DNA of 64,000 nt from Spirochaetia bacterium (GTDB lineage: Bacteria; Spirochaetota; Spirochaetia; WTKD01; G963693115): the NCBI GenBank assembly GCA_965226055.1, contig CBDDCA010000006.1, forward strand, positions 800,001 to 864,000, given 5' to 3'. Numbering within the stretch: the stretch's first letter is position 1; each line of letters begins with the position of its first letter. Below, piece by piece: positions 52,096-62,457 of the stretch. The notes under the pieces are model-generated. The model was not told the origin of the DNA. It did no database searches and was given only the letters and a program-made list of their open reading frames with translations. The translations under genes and the position numbers were made by a program.

Positions 52096-52743
52096 ATGAA
52101 AAATAAACGGTTACAAGTAAAAAAAGTACTTGCATTACTTGATGCTGAATATCCAAATCATACGACATTATTACAGTACTCAAATGCCTTTGAGTTGCTT
52201 ATTGCTGTTATTTTATCAGCACAAACTACTGATGAACAAGTAAACAGAGTGTTACCGCATCTTTTTGCTGAGTACCCTGACGCAGAAAGTCTTTCTCATG
52301 CTCGTCAGTCAAGTATAGAAACCTTAGTACATGCCACTGGATTTTATAAAAACAAAGCACGAAACATTATTGCTTGTGCAAAAAAATTAGTAAATGATTT
52401 TAGCTCTTGTGTTCCTGACACTATAGAAGAATTGATAACTCTTCCAGGTGTAGGTAGAAAAACAGCAGGAGTAGTGTTATACCATATCTATAGTTTACCT
52501 GCTATCATTGTGGATACTCATTTTGGGAGAGTGTGTAGACGTTTAGGGTTAACTGATGAGACAGATCCTACAAAAGTAGAGTTTGTTCTCAGAGATATTA
52601 CTGCAGAAGAACAGTGGGGGATGGCTTCTATGGTGGTAAATTTTCATGGAAGGCGAGTGTGTAAATCAAGACAACCAGAGTGTGAACGATGTGTTCTTGA
52701 ATCACTATGTGAGCATTGTGGTAATGCTGCTCATATTAAGTAA
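52096..52743 (+). CDS. nth: Endonuclease III
   Basis: ILSAQTTD, LPGVGRKTA HhH, VDTH, C-X6-C-X2-C-X5-C. Confidence 0.95.
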   Translation: MKNKRLQVKKVLALLDAEYPNHTTLLQYSNAFELLIAVILSAQTTDEQVNRVLPHLFAEYPDAESLSHARQSSIETLVHATGFYKNKARNIIACAKKLVNDFSSCVPDTIEELITLPGVGRKTAGVVLYHIYSLPAIIVDTHFGRVCRRLGLTDETDPTKVEFVLRDITAEEQWGMASMVVNFHGRRVCKSRQPECERCVLESLCEHCGNAAHIK

Positions 52744-52856
52744 AGTATGCAGGAGTATGGTACGCTATTCTTTGTTTTGATGTATGTGCTGTGGTATTAT
52801 GTAGGGGGGTATATACAGGTATTATATAGGGGAAATAGAAAGAAGGTATAGAGTAT

Positions 52857-53162
52857 ATGGCACAAGAAGCAACACAACATGAAAATAAATATGTAGCGAT
52901 GGAGCTTATTCTTTTTGGAAGAGTGCAAGGAGTAGGCTTTCGTTATTTTGTGTATACTACTGCGTTGCGTTTTGGTACTATACAGGGATGGGTACAAAAT
53001 TGTCCTGATGGAACAGTAAAGGTACACTGTGAATCTTCTTCATCATCAATACTTACTGCATTTATTGATGCTTGTTTGCAAGGGCCTCCTTTATCAAAAG
53101 TTGTGAAAGAGGAAAAGAGAGTTGCTTTTGTACTAGGGTGTACTTCTTTTGAAATTCGTTAA
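52857..53162 (+). CDS. acyP: Acylphosphatase
   Basis: GRVQGVGFR, GWVQN.PDG.V, GPP. Confidence 0.9.
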   Translation: MAQEATQHENKYVAMELILFGRVQGVGFRYFVYTTALRFGTIQGWVQNCPDGTVKVHCESSSSSILTAFIDACLQGPPLSKVVKEEKRVAFVLGCTSFEIR

Positions 53163-53165
53163 GAT

Positions 53166-53633
53166 ATGCCTACTATAGCTTTATTAGAGCCACAAATACC
53201 TCAAAATACAGGAAATATAGCACGCCTCTGTGTGGTAACTGGTACTTCATTACATCTTGTAGGAAATTTAGGGTTTGAGATAAACGATAAACAGCTAAAA
53301 AGAGCAGGCATGGATTATTGGAAACAGTTAGAAGTACAGCAGTACAGTACTGTAGAGCAGTATATGGATAATTTAGATATGCAGCAAAGTTTTTTATTTT
53401 CTACAAAGGCAAATATGGTATATACTGAAGTGCAGTTTCCTCAAAATGCTACATTATTATTTGGTAACGAAGGGTTTGGCACTGCTGATTGGATTATGCA
53501 ACGATTTATGGATCATAATAGTATGCTACGTATTCCACAGATAAAAGGACAACGTTGTCTTAACTTAGCAGTAAGTGTAGGGATAGCATTGTATGAATTA
53601 TTACGGCAGACAAATTTTAATAATTTAGTATAG
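53166..53633 (+). CDS. trmL: tRNA (cytidine/uridine-34-2'-O)-methyltransferase
   Basis: EPQIPQNTGNIARLC, KRAGMDYW, FGNE, RCLNLA. Confidence 0.92.
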   Translation: MPTIALLEPQIPQNTGNIARLCVVTGTSLHLVGNLGFEINDKQLKRAGMDYWKQLEVQQYSTVEQYMDNLDMQQSFLFSTKANMVYTEVQFPQNATLLFGNEGFGTADWIMQRFMDHNSMLRIPQIKGQRCLNLAVSVGIALYELLRQTNFNNLV

Positions 53634-53711
53634 TAGTACTGGTACTATAAAAAGTTGTTATGAATTAGCTTGTCTCTTTTTTGTGAGACATAAAATTTAT
53701 TGTAAGAAGAT

Positions 53712-54614
53712 TTATTCTAAAGATAAATTCTCCTCTGTTTCTCCCTGTAATTTTGATGGGGGGATTATAGAATCTTCATCAATGATGGTGTCTGTAATAA
53801 CAATATTCTCTAGATCTTGTAGGTATTTTTTTCGTTTTGCTTGTAAGTTATAGTGTTTAGGAGCAAAACGTAGGGCATGAAATACTGATATAGTAAAATG
53901 CACTACTTTTCTCTCTTCTCCTGATAATTCATCCGCTATCCATGCGACCTTTTCGACACTGGTATTGGTAATAGCCATAGTTGATTGGTCTAGGCGATCA
54001 ATAAATAAAAGGTATGGCTCATTCGCATCAATTATTGAAAGTGCTGTAGGAGAATATTGTTTATACTCACTTGTCATAATATAAACGTTATTACTTGTTA
54101 CAATTTCTGCCACTAACTCGTAACTGGGAGTAAAATAGGCAATGAGACGTATCTCATTATCAGAGGGATCGTTTCCAAAAAAAGCAACGATAAAATAATC
54201 AGATATGATATCTTCTTTGTTTGTTAGTGCATATCCGAGATTAGAAAGACGGAGAGGTTCTTTTAAGAATACTTCAAACCCTGTAACTTGAAAGTCTTGA
54301 TCTGCTTCGTTTATTAAAGTATATTTGAGTTGGTTTGAAGTGCGTATATAGTTAATAACTGCTTGTTGCATAAGATTTCCTAACATAGGATTTCGTATTA
54401 CTCCACGCATTTTCCAATCTTGGAGAATATAACTGATAAATCCTTCCCCAGGATAAGAAGGACCTAGTAGGGGAGATTCAGTAAAAAATATATCTTCTTG
54501 AAAATAATCTTCTATTTGTTGAGAATATACAAAGGACGATATACACAACAAGAAAATGGAAGTATACAGCAAAGAGAAAGAATACATGCGTGTATATGAT
54601 GCTAGATATTTCAT
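53712..54614 (-). CDS. Hypothetical exported protein
   Basis: 300-aa ORF with signal-like N-terminus; 4-nt overlap with the upstream gene. Confidence 0.6.
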   Translation of the reverse strand: MKYLASYTRMYSFSLLYTSIFLLCISSFVYSQQIEDYFQEDIFFTESPLLGPSYPGEGFISYILQDWKMRGVIRNPMLGNLMQQAVINYIRTSNQLKYTLINEADQDFQVTGFEVFLKEPLRLSNLGYALTNKEDIISDYFIVAFFGNDPSDNEIRLIAYFTPSYELVAEIVTSNNVYIMTSEYKQYSPTALSIIDANEPYLLFIDRLDQSTMAITNTSVEKVAWIADELSGEERKVVHFTISVFHALRFAPKHYNLQAKRKKYLQDLENIVITDTIIDEDSIIPPSKLQGETEENLSLE

Positions 54615-55309
54615 ATGATTGGGTACTGAGAACTTCTTTCGTATGTTGATAAAAAGAGAATAGTAATTACTATTATTCTTCTTAGATCAGCATTATAAAT
54701 ATCAGGTGCAATGAAAACAGATGGAGGGTTTGTGTTGTTGAATAATGCAACAAGATTATTTTGATAGTACAAAGTAAATCCTGTTTCTGTATAATGTTTT
54801 CCTTGTGATTGATAAAAAAATTCATCTCCTTTAATATCTAAAAAATAATTCTTTCTTGTTGATTTTCCGCTCATTACCCTTGTATTTTTATCAGATATAA
54901 GGGATATAGTAAATGGAAACTCAGATTGAGCAGTTTTTCCGTAAAAAACACCAGAACGTGGAGCATTTAATAAAAAGCCATCTCGTGTATAAATGAAAAG
55001 AGATTCTGCATTTATTATATCATCAGTAGGATCTATAATTGAAAATGACTTTCTTATTCTATTTACTAATTTTCCAGGAAAATTGGTTTTTCCTTGTTCG
55101 GTGGTATTAAATTTTGTTATGTTGTTTGTAGAAAATCCAAATAGTTCAAGTTGTTCTATTGTATCAAAATTCACCTTGTATTGTATTTCTACTTCTTCTA
55201 ATCCTGCTTTTAATGCTCTTGTGTACATTGATGAATATTTGACTGAGGTGCAAGAAAAAAGTAAAAATGATACTATGAGAACATATGATGATCGTGCAAA
55301 AAATGACAT
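54611..55309 (-). CDS. Hypothetical lipoprotein
   Basis: 232-aa ORF, spirochaete-type LLFSC lipobox. Confidence 0.65.
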   Translation of the reverse strand: MSFFARSSYVLIVSFLLFSCTSVKYSSMYTRALKAGLEEVEIQYKVNFDTIEQLELFGFSTNNITKFNTTEQGKTNFPGKLVNRIRKSFSIIDPTDDIINAESLFIYTRDGFLLNAPRSGVFYGKTAQSEFPFTISLISDKNTRVMSGKSTRKNYFLDIKGDEFFYQSQGKHYTETGFTLYYQNNLVALFNNTNPPSVFIAPDIYNADLRRIIVITILFLSTYERSSQYPII

Positions 55310-56997
55310 ATACTAATAGTATATGCAAAAAACAAAATTTTTCAAAGGGGGGAGTATTACTCTCTACTCGTGTTTTTTGTGTGGGAATCATCTTTCTTAT
55401 GTTGCTTGTTTTTCAGGGATACGCATATACGAGACAAGATAATCAAAGACAAACATTTGACAATATAAAAGATTTATCAGATACTGTGCATATAGCTCTG
55501 TATGGACACGATTTTAGTATCAATTTCTATAAAGGGTTGAGTAACCTAGAAAGTCATATACAAACAGCGTTGTTTAGTGGACTGGTTACTTTAGATGCTA
55601 CTACACTTAGCATTCAAAATAACCTTGCTGCTTCATGGTTTGTAAACGATGATGCAACAGAATACACATTTCATCTTAGGACAAATGCTGTGTTTTCTGA
55701 TGGAACAACAGTTACTGCAAGAGATGTAAAAGAGTCATGGCTCACTATTTTGCGTTCTCATTCTGGTTTTAGTTATTTACTTGAACCAATAGTGGGAGTA
55801 CTACAGTATCAAGCTGGAAAGCTCTCTATTGAAGACATAGGAATTGATGTTGTATCAGATAAAACAGTACGGGTACGACTTGAACGACCAAATAGTGAAT
55901 TTATTAAAATTATTGCACACAGTGTATTTTCAATAACAAAGGCAAATTTTTCAAAGCTGGATAATTGGGAAAGTATGATTTCCTTGATTCCCTATTCGGG
56001 ACCCTATGTTATCAGTGAAATGAATGATGACTATATTTTGTTACAGAAAAATCAGGTATATTGGGCAAAGGAGTTTGTGCAATCAGAATATGTTGTATTA
56101 CATTTTTATGAAAGTGATGAAGAAGAGAAGTTAGTAGAAGATTTTTTGTACGGAAATATACATTGGTCTACTTTTAGTGTTGATAACAAGCAGATTGATA
56201 CATCGTGGTTATATATCAATCCAATATTTGGTACATCATATCTTTTTTTTCGTACTGCACAAGCACCGTGGAATAACGCAGAAGTCCGTACTGCAATACG
56301 TCTTCTTATTCCATTTGATGATATACGCAATAATGACTATAGTTTTCCTGCAACTACGCTTGTTCCTTATTTATATGATTACTATGATCCTCCCGAAGTG
56401 GAAAGTAAACAGGATATTGAAAAAGCATTGATGATGCTAGAAGAAGCAGGGTATCCTGAAGGAAAAGGATTGCCTCCATTAGTGATATTGGTCCCTACAT
56501 TTAATGATGAGTATAGTGAAATATTTGATACAATAAAATCGTATATTGAAGATACCTCAAGTATTGTTGTAGACATTCAAACACGCCCTAGTGATGAATA
56601 CTTGTCTTCACTCAGCACTGATGATTTTGTGATAGGCTCTTATGATTGGATAGGAGATTACGTGAGTCCTGCTGCGTTTCTTCAAATGTGGGTAAGTCCT
56701 AATAATAATTTAGGGCATAGCTATAATAACGAAGAATACAGAGAAGCATATAAACAGGCAATGTCTATCAATGATGACGATGATGATAAATTGACTGCAT
56801 TACAAGATACAGAACGAATATTACTTGAAACAACCGTAGTAATTCCGCTTAACCATTTATACGCAGTAAATATGATTCGCTATGACATACTGGAAGGATG
56901 GGAAGAAAATATTTTAGATCAGCATCATTTTGCGCTACTTTCTCAACAAGAAGCAATTCCTATTCCTTTTATTACAAAGCTATTACAAAAAAAATAA
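55285..56997 (+). CDS. Peptide ABC transporter substrate-binding protein (OppA family); start uncertain
   Basis: LFSGLV, YTFHLR, FSDGTTVTARDV, SGPY, VRTAI, AGYPEGKGLP, WIGDY. Confidence 0.88.
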   Translation: MMIVQKMTYTNSICKKQNFSKGGVLLSTRVFCVGIIFLMLLVFQGYAYTRQDNQRQTFDNIKDLSDTVHIALYGHDFSINFYKGLSNLESHIQTALFSGLVTLDATTLSIQNNLAASWFVNDDATEYTFHLRTNAVFSDGTTVTARDVKESWLTILRSHSGFSYLLEPIVGVLQYQAGKLSIEDIGIDVVSDKTVRVRLERPNSEFIKIIAHSVFSITKANFSKLDNWESMISLIPYSGPYVISEMNDDYILLQKNQVYWAKEFVQSEYVVLHFYESDEEEKLVEDFLYGNIHWSTFSVDNKQIDTSWLYINPIFGTSYLFFRTAQAPWNNAEVRTAIRLLIPFDDIRNNDYSFPATTLVPYLYDYYDPPEVESKQDIEKALMMLEEAGYPEGKGLPPLVILVPTFNDEYSEIFDTIKSYIEDTSSIVVDIQTRPSDEYLSSLSTDDFVIGSYDWIGDYVSPAAFLQMWVSPNNNLGHSYNNEEYREAYKQAMSINDDDDDKLTALQDTERILLETTVVIPLNHLYAVNMIRYDILEGWEENILDQHHFALLSQQEAIPIPFITKLLQKK

Positions 56998-57039
56998 TCG
57001 TGTAGCATACAAAGATTTGCTTTTTCTTACTTTCTTGTT

Positions 57040-57065
57040 TGTTGCATGTAATGCTTGAACTCTTG
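57040..57065 (-). mobile_element. Degenerate solo IS30 left end
   Basis: TGTTGCATGTAATGCTTGAACTCTTG matches the 37801-37826 copy at 22/26; preceded by TTTTTCTTACTTT as in that copy. Confidence 0.7.
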
Positions 57066-57160
57066 CAGTGTACTTGCATAATATATATTAATAGCATATA
57101 TTGTATAATAGTGGTATGTCTTAAAAAGTATCATATCCAACATTAAATAAGGAGGAACTT

Positions 57161-57517
57161 ATGTTTACACAATTACCAACAGGTGGTGGATCTGGAGATA
57201 GCTGGAAAGAAGCAGGTGGAATACTACTTATTACTGGTGCAGTTGCTCTTGGTATCATCATTAAGGGTGCTGCCGACAATGTAAATACTGAAGAGACGGC
57301 AGATGCGAAAGAATACGCTGCAAAAAAAGACGCAGATGCGAAAGAATACGCTGCAAAAAAAGACGCAGATGCGAAAGAATACGCTACAAAGAAAGACGCA
57401 GAAGCGGAAGCAGAAGCTATTAAGATAAAAGCAGAAGCGGAAGCCAATGCTATTAAGACAAAAGCAAGAGCAGAAGCAGAAGCTATTAAGCTGAAAAAGC
57501 AAGCGGAAGCTAGCTAA
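57161..57517 (+). CDS. Small membrane-anchored coiled-coil protein with 11-aa tandem repeats
   Basis: AAGGAGG RBS, one TM segment, (ADAKEYAAKKD)x3 then AEAEAEAIKIK-like repeats, downstream terminator. Confidence 0.8.
   Translation: MFTQLPTGGGSGDSWKEAGGILLITGAVALGIIIKGAADNVNTEETADAKEYAAKKDADAKEYAAKKDADAKEYATKKDAEAEAEAIKIKAEAEANAIKTKARAEAEAIKLKKQAEAS
57299..57397 (+). repeat. 33-bp tandem repeat x3 (coding)
   Basis: GCAGATGCGAAAGAATACGCTGCAAAAAAAGAC twice exactly, third copy with 2 substitutions. Confidence 0.92.
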
Positions 57518-57562
57518 GTTACAAAGATTATCCCAATTAGTCTCATACATCTTTTAATAGCG

Positions 57563-57592
57563 AAAGAGAGCAGTAGTAATTGCTCTCTTTTT
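57563..57592 (+). terminator. Rho-independent terminator
   Basis: AAAGAGAGCA...TGCTCTCTTT stem ending in a T run. Confidence 0.75.
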
Positions 57593-57619
57593 CATTATTA
57601 TAATATCACTTGAGTTCAC

Positions 57620-57663
57620 ACCCTACCGAAGCCTTTGCTGTCGCATTTAGTCCTTGAACCGCA
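57620..57663 (+). mobile_element. Solo right end of the IS30-family element
   Basis: ACCCTACCGAAGCCTTTGCTGTCGCATTTAGTCCTTGAAC closely matches 43339-43378 (transposase tail plus TIR). Confidence 0.85.
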
Positions 57664-57718
57664 TCCTATACAACAAACAGTGAAAAAATAAATATAAATA
57701 TACTATACTGTAAAACAT

Positions 57719-59764
57719 ATGAACACAAAGCAAGATACTCCTCAATCAGTTGATTTGCGTCATCATGCTATGATGCAGTATAGTCCTATGACCGTAGTGT
57801 CTCAGTTTGAGCCTGCTGGAGATCAGCCAAAAGCCATTGATGAGCTTAGTAAAGGAATAGAAAATGGCAAAAAATTTCAAATACTAAAAGGGGTTACTGG
57901 TTCGGGAAAAACATTTACTATGGCAAAAACCATAGAAAAGTTACAGAAACCAACTCTTATTATTTCTCATAACAAGACACTTGCTGCTCAGTTATATCGT
58001 GAATTTAAGGAATTTTTTCCTAACAATGCAGTGGAATATTTTGTATCATACTATGATTACTATCAACCTGAAGCCTATGTGCCAGGAAGAGATCTCTATA
58101 TTGAGAAAGATGCCTTAATCAATGATGAAATTGATCGTTTGCGTTTATCAGCAACAACGAGTTTATATTCACGAAATGATGTAATTATTGTAGCAACAGT
58201 CTCTTGTATTTTTGGTTTAGGAAATCCCACTGATTATCAGAATATGACAGTAGTGGTACAAGTAAAAGAGGAGCTTGATATTATAAAGCTAAGAGAGAAA
58301 CTCATTTCTTTACAGTATAGTCGAAATGATGCTGTGCTAGAACGAGGAAATTTTCGTATACAAGATGAAGTAATTGATATTTATCCTGCATATGAAGAAT
58401 GTATATACAGAATAGTGCTTGATTGGGATACAGTAACAGCAATCTATAAACTACATACAGTCACACAAGAAGTGATAAAACAACAGGATAAGTTATGGGT
58501 ATTTCCTGCAAAGCATTTTGTTACTACAAGCGAAAAAATAAAAGGAGTATCAAAAAAAATTAAACAAGAGCTAGATATACAATATAAAAAATTATTGGAT
58601 ACAGGAGACATAGTAGCAGCTGAGCGTCTTAAATCTCGTACTGAATATGACATAGAGATGTTGCTAGGATTAGGATCTTGTACTGGTATTGAAAATTATT
58701 CTCGTTATTTATCAGGGCGAGAAGAAGGAGAACGTCCATCGGTATTACTTGATTATTTTCCTTCTAATTATTTATTGTTTATTGATGAATCTCATGTTAC
58801 CATTCCACAGGTTGGGGCGATGTATGAGGGGGATAGAGCACGCAAAGAAAATCTTGTAAAATATGGGTTTCGGTTACCCTCTGCAAAAGATAATCGTCCT
58901 CTTACCTTTAAGGAGTTTGAAAGTATCATTCCACAATGTACTTTTGTTTCTGCTACTCCTGGCAAATATGAACTGCAAACTACCCAAGATGTAATAGAAC
59001 AAGTGGTGCGTCCTACGGGACTTCTTGACCCTAAAATAACCGTGCTTCCTACGAAAGGACAAATAGATGATTTAATTTTTAGAATTAAAGATTGTATTAA
59101 AAAAAATGAGCGAGTACTTGTTACCACATTGACAAAAAAAATGTCAGAGCAGCTGAGTGATTATCTTAATGATGTAGGCTTTAAGGTGGAATACTTGCAT
59201 TCTGAAATTGAAACAGTAGAACGTGTTGAAATTCTTACGCGTTTACGACAAGGAACAACTGAGGTAGTGGTAGGTATTAACCTATTGCGTGAAGGAATAG
59301 ATTTGCCAGAAGTATCATTAGTAGCCATATTTGATGCAGATAAGATAGGATTTTTACGATCAACGCGTTCACTCATACAGACGATAGGGAGAGCAGCACG
59401 TCATATACATGGGCAAGTAGTCATGTATGCTGATAAGGAAAGTGATGCAATGAAAGAAGCTATTGAAGAAACTGAAAGAAGGCGAGCATTACAGCATGCC
59501 TTTAATGAAAAGCATGGACTACAACCGAAAAGCATACAGAAAGCAGTGAAAGATATTTTGGTACGCAGTACGCTTATAAAACAAGATGCTACAGAGGAAA
59601 CAGTGCGTGTATTAAAAGAGTCGCATAATCTTCTTGTAGAAAAAGATCGTAAAAAGCTCATTAAAGCGTTAGAAAAGCAAATGCGTGAACATGCAGAACG
59701 CCTTGAATTTGAAGAAGCACGCATACTTCGAGATGAAATACAAGAAATAAAAAAGATGAAATAG
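57719..59764 (+). CDS. uvrB: Excinuclease ABC subunit B
   Basis: GDQP, GVTGSGKT, HNKTLAAQL, YYDYYQPEAY, DESH, GFRLPSA.DNRPL, QTIGRAAR. Confidence 0.98.
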   Translation: MNTKQDTPQSVDLRHHAMMQYSPMTVVSQFEPAGDQPKAIDELSKGIENGKKFQILKGVTGSGKTFTMAKTIEKLQKPTLIISHNKTLAAQLYREFKEFFPNNAVEYFVSYYDYYQPEAYVPGRDLYIEKDALINDEIDRLRLSATTSLYSRNDVIIVATVSCIFGLGNPTDYQNMTVVVQVKEELDIIKLREKLISLQYSRNDAVLERGNFRIQDEVIDIYPAYEECIYRIVLDWDTVTAIYKLHTVTQEVIKQQDKLWVFPAKHFVTTSEKIKGVSKKIKQELDIQYKKLLDTGDIVAAERLKSRTEYDIEMLLGLGSCTGIENYSRYLSGREEGERPSVLLDYFPSNYLLFIDESHVTIPQVGAMYEGDRARKENLVKYGFRLPSAKDNRPLTFKEFESIIPQCTFVSATPGKYELQTTQDVIEQVVRPTGLLDPKITVLPTKGQIDDLIFRIKDCIKKNERVLVTTLTKKMSEQLSDYLNDVGFKVEYLHSEIETVERVEILTRLRQGTTEVVVGINLLREGIDLPEVSLVAIFDADKIGFLRSTRSLIQTIGRAARHIHGQVVMYADKESDAMKEAIEETERRRALQHAFNEKHGLQPKSIQKAVKDILVRSTLIKQDATEETVRVLKESHNLLVEKDRKKLIKALEKQMREHAERLEFEEARILRDEIQEIKKMK

Positions 59765-59917
59765 TGACAGTATCACTTAGTATGCTTATTCTCTCTTCAT
59801 AACATATAACATTTTTTGTTAAAAGTACTTACTATACTGTTGCCAATATACTTTTTCGTTAGATTCTTTTTTTTGTTTTTTAACAATACAGCCTGATATA
59901 TAATATTCTTACTTCAT

Positions 59918-62179
59918 TTATATGTCAGTATTAAACAAGTCAAAATTATTGACAGTATTTTTCGCTTTCATATATAATTTATATTTTTTTCTTGCATTAC
60001 TACATATTTTTTCTTGTTTTTCTTTATCCATTTTAGGTATTCCCATATCCAATAAATCATAAAAATTTAATGATTGTCTTACAGAACCAAAACATCGTGT
60101 TATTATCTCTTCTTTCCCTTTTTTACTTTTGAGATATAAATAAACAAATTCAGGAAGAAAATCATTATTAAAAACTTCAAATGTTACATATGCAGAAGAA
60201 ACAGCTACTTTTTGATTAGTAGTATTGATGCCAATAGAACCAACATTTATTCTTGAAGGATTATAGCCTATATCATTTTTTCTGATAACTTTATATTTCT
60301 CGTTTGTTTTTGAGGTAACAGATATAAAATTTTCCCCCCAATAGTCCTCTCCTAATGTGATTCCATAAAATTCACTATTTGTAATAGAAGCTGTAGGATG
60401 TTCTTCTTCATTTTTAATATTCGTTTCTCTAATTATCTCTCTGAATTTAATGTGTCCTGTTGGAATTGATTTATCGTACCTAAAATATAGTAAGCTATAA
60501 TTTTCATCTTTTTTTATTTTATCATAAGGAATGTATTGAAGATTTTCATAAGAAATAGACTTAAATTCATCTAAATCATTTATTCCATCTTTTTTTCTTC
60601 TCCTTGTTGTTAATGTATATCCATCATTTTTTACTTTATAATAAAATACTTTATCAATAGGAGTATTGTTAAATCCCTGTAATACTAATATAGATGTTTT
60701 TGCATCAGCATAAGGCAAAAATACTCCAACAGGTAAAGAAATAATACCTTTTAATAAATTATTATCAATGATTTTTTTTCTTGTATTTTTGGAAGCACTG
60801 TTATTTAACAAACCTTCAGGAATAATTATAAATGCCCTTGCTGTTGGTTTATTATTCAAAGATTTCATGATATGTTCTATACATTGACTATTTCCATCAG
60901 TTGTATCATGTGTATAATATAATTCATTTTTATCAACTTCTAAATTAAAAGGTATATTTGAAATAACTACATCGTATAACCCTTCTACTGCATTTAATAG
61001 AGTATTTTGTTGAATAATATTACTATGTCCGTCTCCTGTTAAAATCATATTCATTTTAGATACCTTTGCTGTTGTTGATATTTCGGAACCAAAAAATGTA
61101 CTTTCTTTTAAGTCTTTTTTCACAGTTTCTGTAAAAATATTCTTATCTTGCAACTGTTTTTTTAATATATTGAAAGCTGATATTAATATTCCTCCTGTTC
61201 CACAAAAAGGATCATATACTTTTTCTCCATATGTAATATTTGCTAGCTCAACTAGAAAATTTACAATATGTCTGGGAGTAAAATACTCACCTAAATCTTT
61301 ATTGTTTGAATTATATTTTTGGATAAAATACTCAAAAGCATCTCCTTTTATATCTGTCTCTATACCAGATAAATTTAATTGATCTAATTTATTGATAATT
61401 TGTTTTAATGATTTTTTATCTCTTATCATAAGTTTTGTAAATAAACTATCTTCTTTTTGTCGATTAAAAATGTTTTCTAATTCTGTAATTACTATGTTAT
61501 TTATATAAGAATAGAGCTCATCTCCTGTTTTATTTTTATAACTATCCCATTTGATATGTTGAGGTATATTCTCTGTTATTACATCATTTTCTTCACTAAT
61601 CAGCTTAAGAAATAATAAATTAGTAAATTCTGTAAATCTTTCGATTCCTTTTTGTATTCCTGCTTTTCGTAATTTGTTATTAGCAAAAGCAAAAACGCTA
61701 ATTAAATCTTGTTTAGATTTAATTTCCAATTTTGTTTCTTTGATAAGATTGGGTGTATTCTCTCTTATATATTCTTTATATTGTTCTATTTCTAATATTT
61801 CTTTTACTTCGATTCCATCAATTTTTAATTCTTCTTTTTTCTTAACAAAAAAAGATTTTAAAGTAATACCATCAAATATTATTACTATCTCAGATTTTAG
61901 TTTTTTTGCATACCCTAATGCTTGCTCTAGAGTATCAATGAGATTCATGTTAGGCTTTTTGGTTTCTATTATTATATTAGGTTTTGTTTCATTTTCATAA
62001 AGATATATCATATAATCAGGTCTTTTCCCTTCTAATATAATAAATTCTTCCTCTGTTTTTGGGGATTGCATATAAACATTTCTATTAGGGTTACCAAAAT
62101 CATAGATATAATGTTTTTCTTTAAGATATTGTTCTAATAAATTTTCTATTTCCCTTTCTTGAACATTATTTTTTTGCAT
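59918..62179 (-). CDS. Fused restriction endonuclease / N6-adenine methyltransferase / target-recognition protein (Type IIG-like)
   Basis: N-terminal RPDY...IIETK (PD-ExK), GEYFTPRHI, DPFCGTGG (motif I), SNIPF (motif IV), C-terminal HsdS-like TRD (YNPSRINVG, VSSAY, GSVRQSL). Confidence 0.85.
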   Translation of the reverse strand: MQKNNVQEREIENLLEQYLKEKHYIYDFGNPNRNVYMQSPKTEEEFIILEGKRPDYMIYLYENETKPNIIIETKKPNMNLIDTLEQALGYAKKLKSEIVIIFDGITLKSFFVKKKEELKIDGIEVKEILEIEQYKEYIRENTPNLIKETKLEIKSKQDLISVFAFANNKLRKAGIQKGIERFTEFTNLLFLKLISEENDVITENIPQHIKWDSYKNKTGDELYSYINNIVITELENIFNRQKEDSLFTKLMIRDKKSLKQIINKLDQLNLSGIETDIKGDAFEYFIQKYNSNNKDLGEYFTPRHIVNFLVELANITYGEKVYDPFCGTGGILISAFNILKKQLQDKNIFTETVKKDLKESTFFGSEISTTAKVSKMNMILTGDGHSNIIQQNTLLNAVEGLYDVVISNIPFNLEVDKNELYYTHDTTDGNSQCIEHIMKSLNNKPTARAFIIIPEGLLNNSASKNTRKKIIDNNLLKGIISLPVGVFLPYADAKTSILVLQGFNNTPIDKVFYYKVKNDGYTLTTRRRKKDGINDLDEFKSISYENLQYIPYDKIKKDENYSLLYFRYDKSIPTGHIKFREIIRETNIKNEEEHPTASITNSEFYGITLGEDYWGENFISVTSKTNEKYKVIRKNDIGYNPSRINVGSIGINTTNQKVAVSSAYVTFEVFNNDFLPEFVYLYLKSKKGKEEIITRCFGSVRQSLNFYDLLDMGIPKMDKEKQEKICSNARKKYKLYMKAKNTVNNFDLFNTDI

Positions 62180-62413
62180 TTTTGTCTCTCTTATGTTCTT
62201 TTTTATACTTGTTTGTTTGATTCGGTAGATTATTAAATTCTATTAGTATAGGTTTAATTATATTTTCTTTCATATAATATATTATACCTTTTTTGTATCT
62301 TAAAAACTCTCACTATCTTTATTCCATGTCGTACGCTTCTGTTATCATCGTTGTTTTGTGCATCTGTGAGTAATTACTTTATCATAGAATAGAGCATGCC
62401 TTTTATTCTTCTT

Positions 62414-62439
62414 TGTCGCACTTGCTCCTTGATCTTGCA
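62414..62439 (-). mobile_element. Degenerate solo IS30 end
   Basis: TGTCGCACTTGCTCCTTGATCTTGCA matches the 37801-37826 copy at 19/26 ungapped. Confidence 0.55.
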
Positions 62440-62457
62440 AAACACCTTAATGCATAC

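Noticed and set aside
57299-57397. 33-bp repeats as a CRISPR array
   Set aside because: Copies are directly adjacent with no spacers, in frame within a coding gene, and no cas genes are present
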